This document shows positions 10,501 through 20,946 of a stretch of DNA of 64,000 nucleotides, piece after piece. Each line of letters opens with the position of its first letter. Positions within the stretch are counted from its first letter, which is position 1. Where the stretch lies: NCBI GenBank assembly GCA_045863295.1, contig BTWA01000010.1, positions 1-64,000 on the forward strand, given 5' to 3'. Made by a program: the position numbers and the translations under genes. The stretch is from Candidatus Hydrogenedentota bacterium. Lineage in GTDB: Bacteria > Hydrogenedentota > Hydrogenedentia > Hydrogenedentales > SLHB01. The notes below the pieces were generated by a model. That model saw only the letters and a program-made list of their open reading frames with translations. It was not told the DNA's origin and ran no database searches.

Positions 10501-11166
10501 CAGTTCGTCGCTCAGCTCGCGGTAGCGGATGGCCGCGTTGACTTGCCGCTTCAGCGTTCGCATCTGCCTCTCGACTTCGAGGATGATGTCGTTCAGGCGC
10601 AGCAGGTTTTGTTCCGCGCCTTCCAGGCGTCGCATGGCGAGCTTCTTGCGGTTTTTGTATTTGATGATGCCGGCGGCTTCTTCAAATACAAACCGGCGAT
10701 CCTCCGGCTTTGAGCTCAGGAGCATGTCCATTTTGCCTTGCCCGATCATCGAGTAGGCGTTGGTGCCGATGCCGGTGTCCATGAACAATTCCTGAATGTC
10801 GCGCAGCCGGCACGGGGCCTTGTTGATCAGGTATTCGCTTTCGCCGGAACGATAGAGTCGGCGGGTGACTTGCACTTCGGAAAAGTCGATGGGCAACACG
10901 GAATCGGAGTTGTCGAACGTAATGGACACTTCCGCCATGCCGAGCGCATGGCGGTTCTCGCTGCCGTTGAAGATGACGTCTTGCATGCTGCCGCCGCGGA
11001 GTTCCCTCGGGCGTTGCTCGCCGAGCACCCAACGTAAGGCATCCAGGATGTTACTTTTGCCGCAACCGTTCGGACCCACGACGCTTGTAACGCCTTGGCC
11101 AAAGGAAATCAGGGTTCGATCGGCGAACGACTTAAACCCCGACATTTCAATTTGTTTCAAATACAT
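7597..11166 (-). CDS. smc: Chromosome segregation protein SMC
   Basis: GFKSF, Walker A GPNGCGKSN, coiled coils, hinge (GRVTFLPLD, GAVTGG), LSGGE signature, LDEVDAPLD. Confidence 0.98.
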   Translation of the reverse strand: MYLKQIEMSGFKSFADRTLISFGQGVTSVVGPNGCGKSNILDALRWVLGEQRPRELRGGSMQDVIFNGSENRHALGMAEVSITFDNSDSVLPIDFSEVQVTRRLYRSGESEYLINKAPCRLRDIQELFMDTGIGTNAYSMIGQGKMDMLLSSKPEDRRFVFEEAAGIIKYKNRKKLAMRRLEGAEQNLLRLNDIILEVERQMRTLKRQVNAAIRYRELSDELKVLEIRAAWLEYTRLRTEIADLKVQFAAASDSYTTMSTEISSLEARQEEINLSRLETERVRLARQQGVYEIDSEMEKIERQIALLRQRIDHSKEKEHQAEREQGSFSDRAAELRNLIEQATARAEAVKNDIESCRQSLDAKLSDHAGLAARVEDADRTLEALRQRASERVEARAQTQTALETINVTISNIDSQLEEIYRQQQSVAGRREEVLGALDSLRGSEAEKQDALRQTESQRRDAAKHRSDQEEALRALDESWQSAREQKSSLEARLRSLRELRDSYEGFAAGVRAVMLASKKKMAGLDGIIGPVGDLLSPEKDYERAIEAALGGNVNNVVVEHADAAKTAINFLKQNSAGRVTFLPLDTIRGSEFEGGQFPNEKGVIGPAIDFVKYEKLLHNAVTYLLHGTLVVETLDDAIRITRNHRRHPRLVTLDGEVVSPSGAVTGGRMKHESRGLLGRTAEITELEEKVRGLETQLQDLAQKRTATSKAINELQETLRVLEQQDRDLRKLLNELGMTIARNSAEMESLVKTSQDLDRQRDALMTRRGGLEEQRKDASAKADSLQTDDEMLQSQIAAAQEAAAHARQAMSQCTSEVSDLRVSQAELAQRFEEAERDRARETQRLAEMQSEAGQRRDLVAMLKEEQAELSEEIALNIERSKALSETKEEASLKAVEAQNQLQTLLDEGERIDKSLRELRDKSRSAQADVHRLELQLRQDEDRVEFHNARILQDYEIALASVTEELAGGDDMDEKTRNKRVADLRQQLHRMGEVNLMAIEEYEALEQRYAFLTTQAADLSQARDALMAVIERSDKRIREMFLETFKRIGDHFRENFRRLFNGGQATIYLLDENDPLETGIEIEARPPGKKPQSISLLSGGESAMTAIALLFSVFMARPSPFCVLDEVDAPLDDANIGRFLKLLDEFTGKSQFVVITHNKQTMARADVLYGVTQQERGVSTIVSVKFTEDAA

Positions 11167-11208
11167 GTCGAAATGGAGCTCTGTCTATTTTTGGTCAATC
11201 CGGCGTTC

Positions 11209-11988
11209 TCAGTCGAAGCGCATAATGCGCGTAATCGAATTCGAGCGTCCGGTCGACTCGTCGGCGTCAATGACCACGGCTGAAATCCCCGGCCGATCCT
11301 TGGCTACCTTGAATTCCGCGGGAATACCGGTGAGAAATTTCTGAATCACCGTCTCCCGTTCCACACCGATAACCGAATCAAATGGGCCGGTCATCCCTAC
11401 ATCGGTAATGTACGCGGTACCGTGCGGCAGCACGCGTTCATCCGCTGTTTGCACGTGGGTGTGGGTACCCAGGACCGCCGTGCATTTTCCATCCAAAAAC
11501 CAACCCATGGCGACCTTTTCCGACGTCGCTTCCGCGTGCATGTCTACGATGACCAAGGGCGTTTCATCTCGCAATCGATCCACTTCGCGCAGGCCCACGG
11601 TGAACGGACAATCAAAGGCCTCCATATACACGCGGCCAATCAGATTGACGATACCCACTTTGCGGCCGTCCGGCAGCACCACAAGGTGCGAGCCCATCCC
11701 GGGTACTTCCGGGGGATAATTGGCGGGCCTTGCAATAGGACCCAGCGAATCAATCGCACCCAACAATTCCCGCTTGCGCCATGTGTGATTTCCCATCGTA
11801 ATTGCGGAAATCCCGGCGTTAAACAGCTCCCGGACGATTGCAGGCGTGGCACCCACCCCACCGGCCGCATTTTCCGCGTTCGCCATGACGAAGTCAATGC
11901 GGAATTCTTCCTTTAGCGGTCCCAGCCACCGATGCACGGAAGCCCTGCCGGGGTTACCCACGATGTCCCCGATGAAAAGAATGCGCAT
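11209..11988 (-). CDS. ymdB: YmdB/TIGR00282 family metallophosphoesterase
   Basis: LFIGDIVG, NAENAAGG, TMGNH, DMHAEATSEK, GTHTHVQTAD, DVGMTGP; follows rny as usual. Confidence 0.95.
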   Translation of the reverse strand: MRILFIGDIVGNPGRASVHRWLGPLKEEFRIDFVMANAENAAGGVGATPAIVRELFNAGISAITMGNHTWRKRELLGAIDSLGPIARPANYPPEVPGMGSHLVVLPDGRKVGIVNLIGRVYMEAFDCPFTVGLREVDRLRDETPLVIVDMHAEATSEKVAMGWFLDGKCTAVLGTHTHVQTADERVLPHGTAYITDVGMTGPFDSVIGVERETVIQKFLTGIPAEFKVAKDRPGISAVVIDADESTGRSNSITRIMRFD

Positions 11989-12003
11989 GGACGACCTCGG
12001 ACT

Positions 12004-13572
<1,569 letters not shown>

Positions 13573-13846
13573 TGAATACGACCTCCACCCCTATTCGGGG
13601 TTCCCCGTGTTTTGGTGGTGGTCTCAGAGTTGGCAGGTTCGGTAATTTGAGGTGCACTAAGCCTTTATAGCGTAGCATGTTACAGCAAATAAACCATATT
13701 GGGCTGGTTCATTGCCGGATGCGCGCCCGTCATTCTGTATAGTCCAACCGCCCGAGCGGTAAGCCCCTCTCATACAACCGTTGCCTATTCTGATCCGCGT
13801 TGCCACCAGAAACACTGTGTTATTGTTTGGTTATGACCCGAGCGCA

Positions 13847-13875
13847 AGTATATGTGCCTTTGGTGATTAAGTCAA
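13847..13875 (-). promoter_or_regulatory. Sigma70-type promoter for rny-ymdB-smc
   Basis: Minus strand TTGACT-N17-TATACT. Confidence 0.7.
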
Positions 13876-14102
13876 TGCGTGGGACTAGAGGAGAGGGGCG
13901 CCGGAGCGGTGTGAATATCGCGAATGGGTTAGTGGTGGCGCAAGAATGTTCCAAATTGGAAATGATTCTAGTTTTATGGCCCGATTTTGGAGTGGGGAAC
14001 TTTTCGGGCCGTTGGGGGATTGGAGACGGTATATTCATACGGGGACCTCTGTTTCTCGCCGGTGAAAATGGGTACCGGGAAAAACAGTTAGCTGCAAAAC
14101 AA

Positions 14103-14131
14103 TCGACAAGATTGACCGGTCGTTATAGAAT
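14103..14131 (+). promoter_or_regulatory. Sigma70-type promoter for DUF1501 cluster 1
   Basis: TCGACA-N17-TAGAAT, followed by GGGAGG RBS before ATG 14186. Confidence 0.55.
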
Positions 14132-14185
14132 ACACCGGCCTGGTTGCACGAATAAAGCGTTATCGTAGACGGGAGGAATCGTCTC

Positions 14186-15514
14186 ATGCACCACGATAAA
14201 TGTTCTTTGCCGGGTCAGCCCCATCGTTGCCCGGGTCCGCCTTCACGCCGCGATTTCCTGCGCGTGGGCGTGTTGTCCGGCCTTGGGCTGACATTGGGGG
14301 ACTACTTCCGTCTGATGGACGCGCAGGCCCAAGCGGCGCCGGGGTCACCCCGAGCCGAAGCTGTCATTTTCATATTCCTTTCCGGCGGGTTGAGCCATTT
14401 GGATTCGTTCGATCCGAAGCCGTACGCGCCCATTGAATACCGCGGGGAACTGGGCACGGTTCAGACGAATACGGGCGAAGTGCTTAGCGGCCTGATGAAG
14501 AATGTGTCGCAAGTGGCTGACCGCATGTCGATTATTCGTTCCGTGACGCACGGTGAGGCAGCGCATGAGCGGGGTACGCACAATATGCTGACTGGGTACA
14601 AGCCCAGCCCGGCCCTTGTGTACCCGAGCATGGGTTCGGTGGTTTCGCATGAATTCGGTCCGCGCAACGATCTTCCGGCGTATATTTCCATCCCCAATGA
14701 CGGGGCCTTGTATATGGGCACCGGCTATCTGAGTTCCGCGTTTGGGCCGTTCAGTGTGGGCGGCGAGCCTGCCGCGGGCGACTTTCAGGTCCGGGATTTG
14801 AATCTTCCGGGCGGCGTAGACGCGGCGCGTATGGACAACCGGAAGAGCCTGCTGGCGTCCGTGGACGCGCATTTCTCCGCATTGGAAAAGACGGATGCGC
14901 TTACCGCGATGGATACCTACTATCAGCGCGCCTACGATCTCATCAGTTCTCAGAGTGCTCGCGAGGCGTTCAATATTGGCGCGGAGTCCAATGAAATGCG
15001 CGACAAGTACGGGCGGCATGCCTTTGGCCAGCGCTGTCTGCTGGCGCGCCGGCTGGTGGAAGGCGGCGCCCGTTTCGTGACGGTTTTGGACGGCGGCTGG
15101 GACATGCACGACAAGATCAAAGATGCGATGAGTGGCCGCATGCCGGAAGTCGATCAGGGACTTGCCGCATTGATAGGCGACTTGGATCAGCGGGGCCTGC
15201 TTCAGAAGACGTTGGTGGTGCTGACGACGGAATTTGGACGCACGGTGCGCATCAACAACACGGGTGGCCGCGATCACTGGCCCAAGGCGTTTAGTGTTGC
15301 GTTGGCGGGTGGCGGCATCAAAGGCGGCGTGATCCACGGTACGACGGATGCGTATGGATCCGAGCCCAAGGATTCTCCGGTGGGTCCTGGCGATTTGGCG
15401 GCGACCATTTATACCTCGCTGGGCATTGATCCCACGAAGAAGTTGATGGCTGCGGGCAACCGTCCCATCGATTTGGTTCGCGAAGGGAAGATAATTCAAC
15501 CCATTCTGGCATAG
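14186..15514 (+). CDS. DUF1501 family protein, Tat-exported (copy 1)
   Basis: SRRDFLR Tat motif, GGLSHLDSFDPKP, CLLARRLVEGG, WDMH, TEFGRT, GRDHWP. Confidence 0.92.
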   Translation: MHHDKCSLPGQPHRCPGPPSRRDFLRVGVLSGLGLTLGDYFRLMDAQAQAAPGSPRAEAVIFIFLSGGLSHLDSFDPKPYAPIEYRGELGTVQTNTGEVLSGLMKNVSQVADRMSIIRSVTHGEAAHERGTHNMLTGYKPSPALVYPSMGSVVSHEFGPRNDLPAYISIPNDGALYMGTGYLSSAFGPFSVGGEPAAGDFQVRDLNLPGGVDAARMDNRKSLLASVDAHFSALEKTDALTAMDTYYQRAYDLISSQSAREAFNIGAESNEMRDKYGRHAFGQRCLLARRLVEGGARFVTVLDGGWDMHDKIKDAMSGRMPEVDQGLAALIGDLDQRGLLQKTLVVLTTEFGRTVRINNTGGRDHWPKAFSVALAGGGIKGGVIHGTTDAYGSEPKDSPVGPGDLAATIYTSLGIDPTKKLMAAGNRPIDLVREGKIIQPILA

Positions 15515-15572
15515 GCCGAGTCTGTTCCTTGTCTCCGAACGGAGGCATGCAGATACAACGCGTGGGATAGCC

Positions 15573-17939
15573 ATGAACAGCAGTCGTATTACATTGGCGG
15601 CGGCCTTTACCTTCATGTTGGTTGCAGCCTCCCTGGCCCATGCCGCATCTCCTTCCGTTGGAACGTTGGTTCCCCGGGGCGGTGCTCGGGGTACTACCGT
15701 TTCGGTTTCATTTCATGGATCTGGTCTTCAGGATGCGACGGACATTATTTCGCATGCGCCCGGATTCAAGTTGGTGGAGATTGCGGCCGAGAGCGACGGC
15801 AAAGTCAACGCGAAGCTGGAAATTGCTCCTGATTGCGAACCCGGAGTTCACGGACTGCGTGTGCGCACCCAATCGGGGTTGAGCAACCTGCAGCTCTTCA
15901 GCGTGGGTTCGTTGAACGAAATTACCGAAACCGAACCGAATAATGATCCCGCCGCGGCTCCTGAAATTGCACTGGGCACGACCATCAATGGCGAGATACC
16001 CTCGGAGGACGTCGACTATTTTGCGGTGCCCCTGGAAGCGGGTGCGCGGCTTGCTGTCGAAGTCGAGGCCATTCGTTTGGGCGGTCCGTTGTTTGACGCC
16101 AAAGTCCGGCTGATCAGCCCGCGCGGCATCGATTTGAAAGCGGCTGACGACACGGCGCTCATGCGGCAGGATGCCGCCTTTGTTTATGTGGCGGAAGAAG
16201 CGGGCAAGCACGTTCTGGCGGTGAGCGAGGCGGCGTACGGTGGGGCCGGTGGCTATCAATACCGGCTGCATGTGGGTCAATTTCCGAGGCCTTTGGCGGC
16301 GACCCCCCTTGGCGGCCAGGCCGGGAGCGAAGTTCAGGTCTCCTGGCTGGGCGATCCGGGCGCGGCTCCCCAAGCGGTCTTATTGCCGGCAGCCCCCGTG
16401 GAGAACTTTTCCATCACACCGGCGCTGGATACGGCCGTTGCTCCTTCGCGCGTTCCGTTGCGCGTAATTCCCTATTCCGGCGTGGTGGAAGCCGAGCCCA
16501 ACAATGCCGCTGACGTTGCCACGTTGGGAACGATCCCCGGCGCTTTTGACGGAGTTATCGCCGAGAAGGGTGACGTAGACTGGTTTCAGTTTGAGGGCAA
16601 GAAAGATCAGGCCTTTGACATTCGGGTCTGGGCTCGTTCGCTGGGGTCTCCGCTGGACAGCGTTTTCAATATGGCCAAGCCGGACGGTGCGGGACTTACC
16701 GGAAACGATGACGCCGTGGGGCCGGATAGTGCGGTTCAAGTGACCCTTCCGGAAGACGGTATGTATCGTTTTAACGTTCTGGATCATTTGGGTAACGGCG
16801 GTCCGACGTACGCGTACCGGGTGGAAGTAGTGCCTGTTCAGCCCAAGTTAAGCCTTGCGCTGGTGGAAAACATAACCGGCAGTCTGGCCGTGGCGCAAGG
16901 AAATCGGGCTTACCTTCAACTTCGTGCCGATCGGGTCAATTTTGACGGGCCCTTGAAGCTGGCATTCGAGGATTTACCGGCCGGGGTTCAAGTGGACTAT
17001 GAGCCATTGGCGGCTGGTGTGGGTCAGATTCCAGTAGTTGTATCGGCGGCCACGGATGCGGCTCTGACCGGCGCGCTGGTTAATATCGCGGCCGAGCTGG
17101 ACGATGGCACCGGCGCGGTGAAGGGCACTTACCAACAAGACATTACTCTTATCGAAGGCCAGAATCGTGTTGTATTTCTGGCGGAACGTGTGGACCGCCT
17201 TGCAACGGCGGTGACGGAGCCCGCGCCATTTTCTATTGACTTGGTGGCTCCCAAAGCGCCGATCGTTCGCAACGGATCGGCGTATTTGAAAGTCGTGGCC
17301 ACGCGCAAGGAAGGATTTACGGCCCCTATCGATCTTCGCATTCTTTGGACACCGGGCAACGTTGCGCCGGGTACCGCTCAGATTCCGGAAGGCGGCAGCG
17401 AAGCGGGTATTTTGCTTGATGCAAAAAGCAACGCCCAGTTGGGAACATTTCGGATGGCCGTGCTTGGGCGTAGCGCGGGTTACGAGGTTTGTACTGCGTT
17501 GACGCCGGTTACCATTGCGGAACCCTGGATTACGTTTGATGTTCCCAAAGTGGAGACCGAACAGGGTAAGCCGGTGGAATTGGTCGTTACCGCGAAATTG
17601 GCGCAGCCGTTTGAAGGCACATTTAAAGCTGAATTGTTGGGACTTCCCAAAGACGTGACGACAGAGCAACTCGATCTCACCAAAGACACCACCGAACTGC
17701 ATTTTCCGCTCAACGTGGCCGCCACGGCGCCCGATGGCAAGTTCGAGGGCATTTTCGTGCGATCGGTATTGGCCACTGAAGGCGAGAGCGTGTTGCATCA
17801 ATCCGGCGGCGGTCAATTGGTCATTTACAAACCGTTGCCTCCTGAAGTGGCCGCGGCCGCGCCGCCACCGGCGCCGGAGCCTCCGAAAGAAGGCGAACCC
17901 CCCGCGCCCGAGCGAAAGACACGATTTCCGTCGACCTAA
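15573..17939 (+). CDS. Secreted protein with repeated PPC (pre-peptidase C-terminal) and Ig-like domains
   Basis: Signal peptide (AHA), PRGGARG, two ExEPNN motifs, DVDYF/DVDWF, YRL/YRV; typical companion of DUF1501/DUF1549 clusters. Confidence 0.8.
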   Translation: MNSSRITLAAAFTFMLVAASLAHAASPSVGTLVPRGGARGTTVSVSFHGSGLQDATDIISHAPGFKLVEIAAESDGKVNAKLEIAPDCEPGVHGLRVRTQSGLSNLQLFSVGSLNEITETEPNNDPAAAPEIALGTTINGEIPSEDVDYFAVPLEAGARLAVEVEAIRLGGPLFDAKVRLISPRGIDLKAADDTALMRQDAAFVYVAEEAGKHVLAVSEAAYGGAGGYQYRLHVGQFPRPLAATPLGGQAGSEVQVSWLGDPGAAPQAVLLPAAPVENFSITPALDTAVAPSRVPLRVIPYSGVVEAEPNNAADVATLGTIPGAFDGVIAEKGDVDWFQFEGKKDQAFDIRVWARSLGSPLDSVFNMAKPDGAGLTGNDDAVGPDSAVQVTLPEDGMYRFNVLDHLGNGGPTYAYRVEVVPVQPKLSLALVENITGSLAVAQGNRAYLQLRADRVNFDGPLKLAFEDLPAGVQVDYEPLAAGVGQIPVVVSAATDAALTGALVNIAAELDDGTGAVKGTYQQDITLIEGQNRVVFLAERVDRLATAVTEPAPFSIDLVAPKAPIVRNGSAYLKVVATRKEGFTAPIDLRILWTPGNVAPGTAQIPEGGSEAGILLDAKSNAQLGTFRMAVLGRSAGYEVCTALTPVTIAEPWITFDVPKVETEQGKPVELVVTAKLAQPFEGTFKAELLGLPKDVTTEQLDLTKDTTELHFPLNVAATAPDGKFEGIFVRSVLATEGESVLHQSGGGQLVIYKPLPPEVAAAAPPPAPEPPKEGEPPAPERKTRFPST

Positions 17940-17996
17940 TCAGGCGGCTTGTATTTGGATTGCTGATGCATGTGGACTTGGACTGAGGAGTGAGAC

Positions 17997-20411
17997 GTGA
18001 ACCGTTTAGTGGTAGCCCTCGGAGTGGTAGTTGTGGTGACGGCGGCCGCCGGAGCACAAACGCTGGCTGCGTTTCCGCCGGCGATTCAACTGGACACCCG
18101 TGATGACGTGCAGCGGATGGTTGTGCTCCATTCCCTAGCCGATGGCGTGACGTACGATCGCACCATGGAAGCCGCAGTGGTCTTCGAAACCCCTGGGATC
18201 GCCACGTGGGAGAACGGGAAGTTCACGCCCGTTGCGAACGGCCAGACGAATGTCTCCGTGACCTACGGTGAGTTGGCGGTGACGGTGCCGCTTACCGTCG
18301 CCAACGCGGAGTTGGCGCCACCCAAGAGTTTTCGGAACGACGTGGAACCGGTCTTGATGCGGGCGGGGTGTAACTCCGGCGCGTGCCATGGCAGCGCCCA
18401 GGGCAAGAATGGATTTCGCGTATCGCTTTTTGGCTTTGATCCGACCCTCGATTACACAAACCTGACGCGAGAGGTGCGCGCGCGCCGCTTGAACGTGGGG
18501 AATCCCGAAGAGAGCCTGATGTTGACCAAGGCGATCGGCACGGTCGACCACGAAGGCGGAAGCCGTTTTGACCGCGAATCGCATTTATACGACACGTTGC
18601 TGGAATGGATTTCGGAAGGGGCCGGCAACGATGCCGTGGCGCCACCCGAATTGACCGGTGTGGAAATCCTTCCCGAGGCGGCGGTGCTGGACGGCGAGGG
18701 TGCGACACAGCAGTTCGTAGTCCGCGCGTTATACAGCGACGGGACAGACCGCGATGTAACCGATCTGGCGGTGATGGCCAGCAGCGACGACTTGACGATC
18801 AAGCTGTCCGAAGGTGGGTTGATCACGGCAGGCGGGCGCGGCGAAGGGTATTTGATGGCCCGTTTCGGCACCTTTGCCGTGGTGTCGCAAGCGATCGTGC
18901 TTCCCAAAGGGTTGCAGAGTGAATGGCCGGCGGATGCCGTTGCCCGGAATTACATTGACGAGAAGATTTTCGACAAGCTGAAAAAGTTGCGCATGCAGCC
19001 GGCCGTGACATGCGATGACACGACGTTTGTACGGCGCGTGTTTCTGGACATACTTGGCGTGCTTCCGACGGCGGAAGAAACCCGTGCTTTCCTGGAGAAT
19101 CCGGCGGCGGACAAACGCGCGGTGTTAATTGATCAGTTGCTGGAGCGGCCTGAATTCAGCGAACTCTGGGCGATGAAATGGGCGGACTTGCTGCTGGTGA
19201 AGTCCGACATCGATCTCGATCGCAAGGCGTTGCACCGCTATAACGACTGGATCAAAGAGTCGATCACCGCGAACAAGCCGCTGGATCAGTTCGTGCGCGA
19301 GTTGCTGACTTCGCAGGGCGGCAATTTTACGGCGCCGGCAGTGAATTTTTATGTGGCCGAGACCGACCCGAAGATTGTCGCGGAAAATGTGGCCCAGGTG
19401 TTCATGGGGATTCGATTGCAGTGCGCGCAGTGCCACAATCATCCGTTCGAGCGCTGGACGATGGACGACTACTATTCGTTTGCCGCGTTCTTCGCGCAGA
19501 TTGGTCAGAAGGGATCAAGCGATCCGCGCGAGAAGATTGTATACAACCGCGCATCCGGCGAAGTGAACAATTTGAAGAACGGGCAGGTGATGCAGCCGAA
19601 ATTCCTGGGTGGCGCGGTGCCCGATCTGGCAGGCCGCGATCGCCGCGAATTGTTGGCGGAATGGCTCACCGCTCCGGACAACCCGTGGTTCGCGCAGACC
19701 ATCGCAAACCGGTTGTGGCAGCAGTTCCTTGGTAAAGGCATTACGGATCCGCCCGACGATGTTCGCGTGACCAACCCGCCAAGCCATCCGGAGTTGCTCG
19801 AGGCCATGGCGGCCCGTCTCGTGGAGTGCAATTATGACTTGCGCCAAATAGTGCGGGACATCTGCAACTCGTACACGTATCAAATGAGTACGCAACCACG
19901 AATTCCGGACGTACGCGACGAGCGGAATTTCGCTCAAGCGACGGTGCGGCGGATTGATGCGGAGCAATTGCTCGATGCGATTTGCCAGGTGTCGGAGACG
20001 AAAGTGAAGTTTCCCAACCTTCCGCTGGGTGCACGCGCGGTGGAAGTGGCCGACGGCGCGAGCGGCAACTATTTCTTGAGTTTGTTTGGGCGTCCATCGC
20101 GTGAAAGCGTGTGCGCCTGCGGCCGCACCACCAACCCGACCCTTGCGCAAGCGCTGCATTTGATTAATGGCGACACCGTTACCGCGGCGCTGCAGGCGGG
20201 CGATGGACGGCTGCAGCGATTGACCGCCGACGGAGTCACCGTCGATCAGGCGTTGGACGATCTTTGGCTTGCCGCCTATGCCCGTCCGCCTCGAACCGAT
20301 GAAAAAGAGAAATTCACCGGATATCTTGCCCAGGCCACGGACAAGCGGGCGGCCATGGAAGACGTGTTTTGGACGGTGCTGAATTCGAAGGAATTTGTCT
20401 TCAATCATTGA
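17997..20411 (+). CDS. DUF1549/DUF1553 protein with Ig-like (Big_2-like) domains and heme/Cys motifs
   Basis: GTG after GAGGAG; GCNSGACHG, FVRRVFLDILGVLPT, LQCAQCHNHPFERW, PSHPELL, LNSKEFVFNH. Confidence 0.9.
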   Translation: MNRLVVALGVVVVVTAAAGAQTLAAFPPAIQLDTRDDVQRMVVLHSLADGVTYDRTMEAAVVFETPGIATWENGKFTPVANGQTNVSVTYGELAVTVPLTVANAELAPPKSFRNDVEPVLMRAGCNSGACHGSAQGKNGFRVSLFGFDPTLDYTNLTREVRARRLNVGNPEESLMLTKAIGTVDHEGGSRFDRESHLYDTLLEWISEGAGNDAVAPPELTGVEILPEAAVLDGEGATQQFVVRALYSDGTDRDVTDLAVMASSDDLTIKLSEGGLITAGGRGEGYLMARFGTFAVVSQAIVLPKGLQSEWPADAVARNYIDEKIFDKLKKLRMQPAVTCDDTTFVRRVFLDILGVLPTAEETRAFLENPAADKRAVLIDQLLERPEFSELWAMKWADLLLVKSDIDLDRKALHRYNDWIKESITANKPLDQFVRELLTSQGGNFTAPAVNFYVAETDPKIVAENVAQVFMGIRLQCAQCHNHPFERWTMDDYYSFAAFFAQIGQKGSSDPREKIVYNRASGEVNNLKNGQVMQPKFLGGAVPDLAGRDRRELLAEWLTAPDNPWFAQTIANRLWQQFLGKGITDPPDDVRVTNPPSHPELLEAMAARLVECNYDLRQIVRDICNSYTYQMSTQPRIPDVRDERNFAQATVRRIDAEQLLDAICQVSETKVKFPNLPLGARAVEVADGASGNYFLSLFGRPSRESVCACGRTTNPTLAQALHLINGDTVTAALQAGDGRLQRLTADGVTVDQALDDLWLAAYARPPRTDEKEKFTGYLAQATDKRAAMEDVFWTVLNSKEFVFNH

Positions 20412-20475
20412 GGATGACGTAGTTGGGCGGAAACCGCCGCGAAATGAATTGCATTGTGCACGGAGGATTGGATGG

Positions 20476-20946
20476 ATGAGTAGGAAAGGTACACGCCTTA
20501 TTCTGGCGTTGGCAATCGCGATGGGAACCGGCACTGGGGCAATAGCATGGGCCGAGGATGCGGCACCGGCGGCGCCTGCGGCAGAACCCGCTCCGGCCGC
20601 TGAGACTCCCGCGCCCGCTGCCGAGGCAGCGCCGGCCGAAGGCCCGAGCCCGGACGCCGTGTTGGCCGAGTTGGCGAAGTTGGGTCCTGACGCGTTGGCG
20701 GCTCGCATCGCGGCGTTGCGCGAAGAGGTCACCGCGCTGGCGGCCCAGGCGGAGCAACTGCGCGCGCAGGCCGCGGAGGCCGAGGCCAAGGCCGCAGAAT
20801 TGCGCACGCGCGTTGCGGCCGTAGAGAATTTCACCACCGCTGTAATGGCCGCCAAAGCGCCCGCTGAACAGCCGGCGCCCGCGGCTGCTGAAGCTGCGCC
20901 TGCTGCTGAAGCTGCTCCCGCGGCTGCGGAGGCTCCGCAAGGATGA
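20476..20946 (+). CDS. Secreted Ala/Pro-rich coiled-coil protein
   Basis: GGAGG RBS, signal peptide ending AWA, ~60-aa helical segment; ATGA overlap with the next gene. Confidence 0.75.
   Translation: MSRKGTRLILALAIAMGTGTGAIAWAEDAAPAAPAAEPAPAAETPAPAAEAAPAEGPSPDAVLAELAKLGPDALAARIAALREEVTALAAQAEQLRAQAAEAEAKAAELRTRVAAVENFTTAVMAAKAPAEQPAPAAAEAAPAAEAAPAAAEAPQG
20881..20937 (+). repeat. Short coding tandem repeat (AAEAAP)
   Basis: gctgctgaagctgc occurs twice plus a degenerate third copy; encodes AAAEAAPAAEAAPAAAEAP. Confidence 0.6.

Noticed and set aside
2658..10713. Long plus-strand ORFs opposite the phosphodiesterase, GT4 and smc
   Set aside because: Shadow ORFs of clearly identified minus-strand genes
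13747..13910. GCCCCTCTC/GAGAGGGGC inverted repeat considered as a 6S RNA closing stem
   Set aside because: The interior does not pair into a rod and the repeat straddles the predicted rny promoter
13800..14168. Small ORFs in the rny/DUF1501 intergenic region
   Set aside because: No RBS or motifs, and they overlap both predicted divergent promoters
14345..20855. Long minus-strand ORFs (423, 280 and 446 aa)
   Set aside because: Antisense shadows of cluster 1 genes
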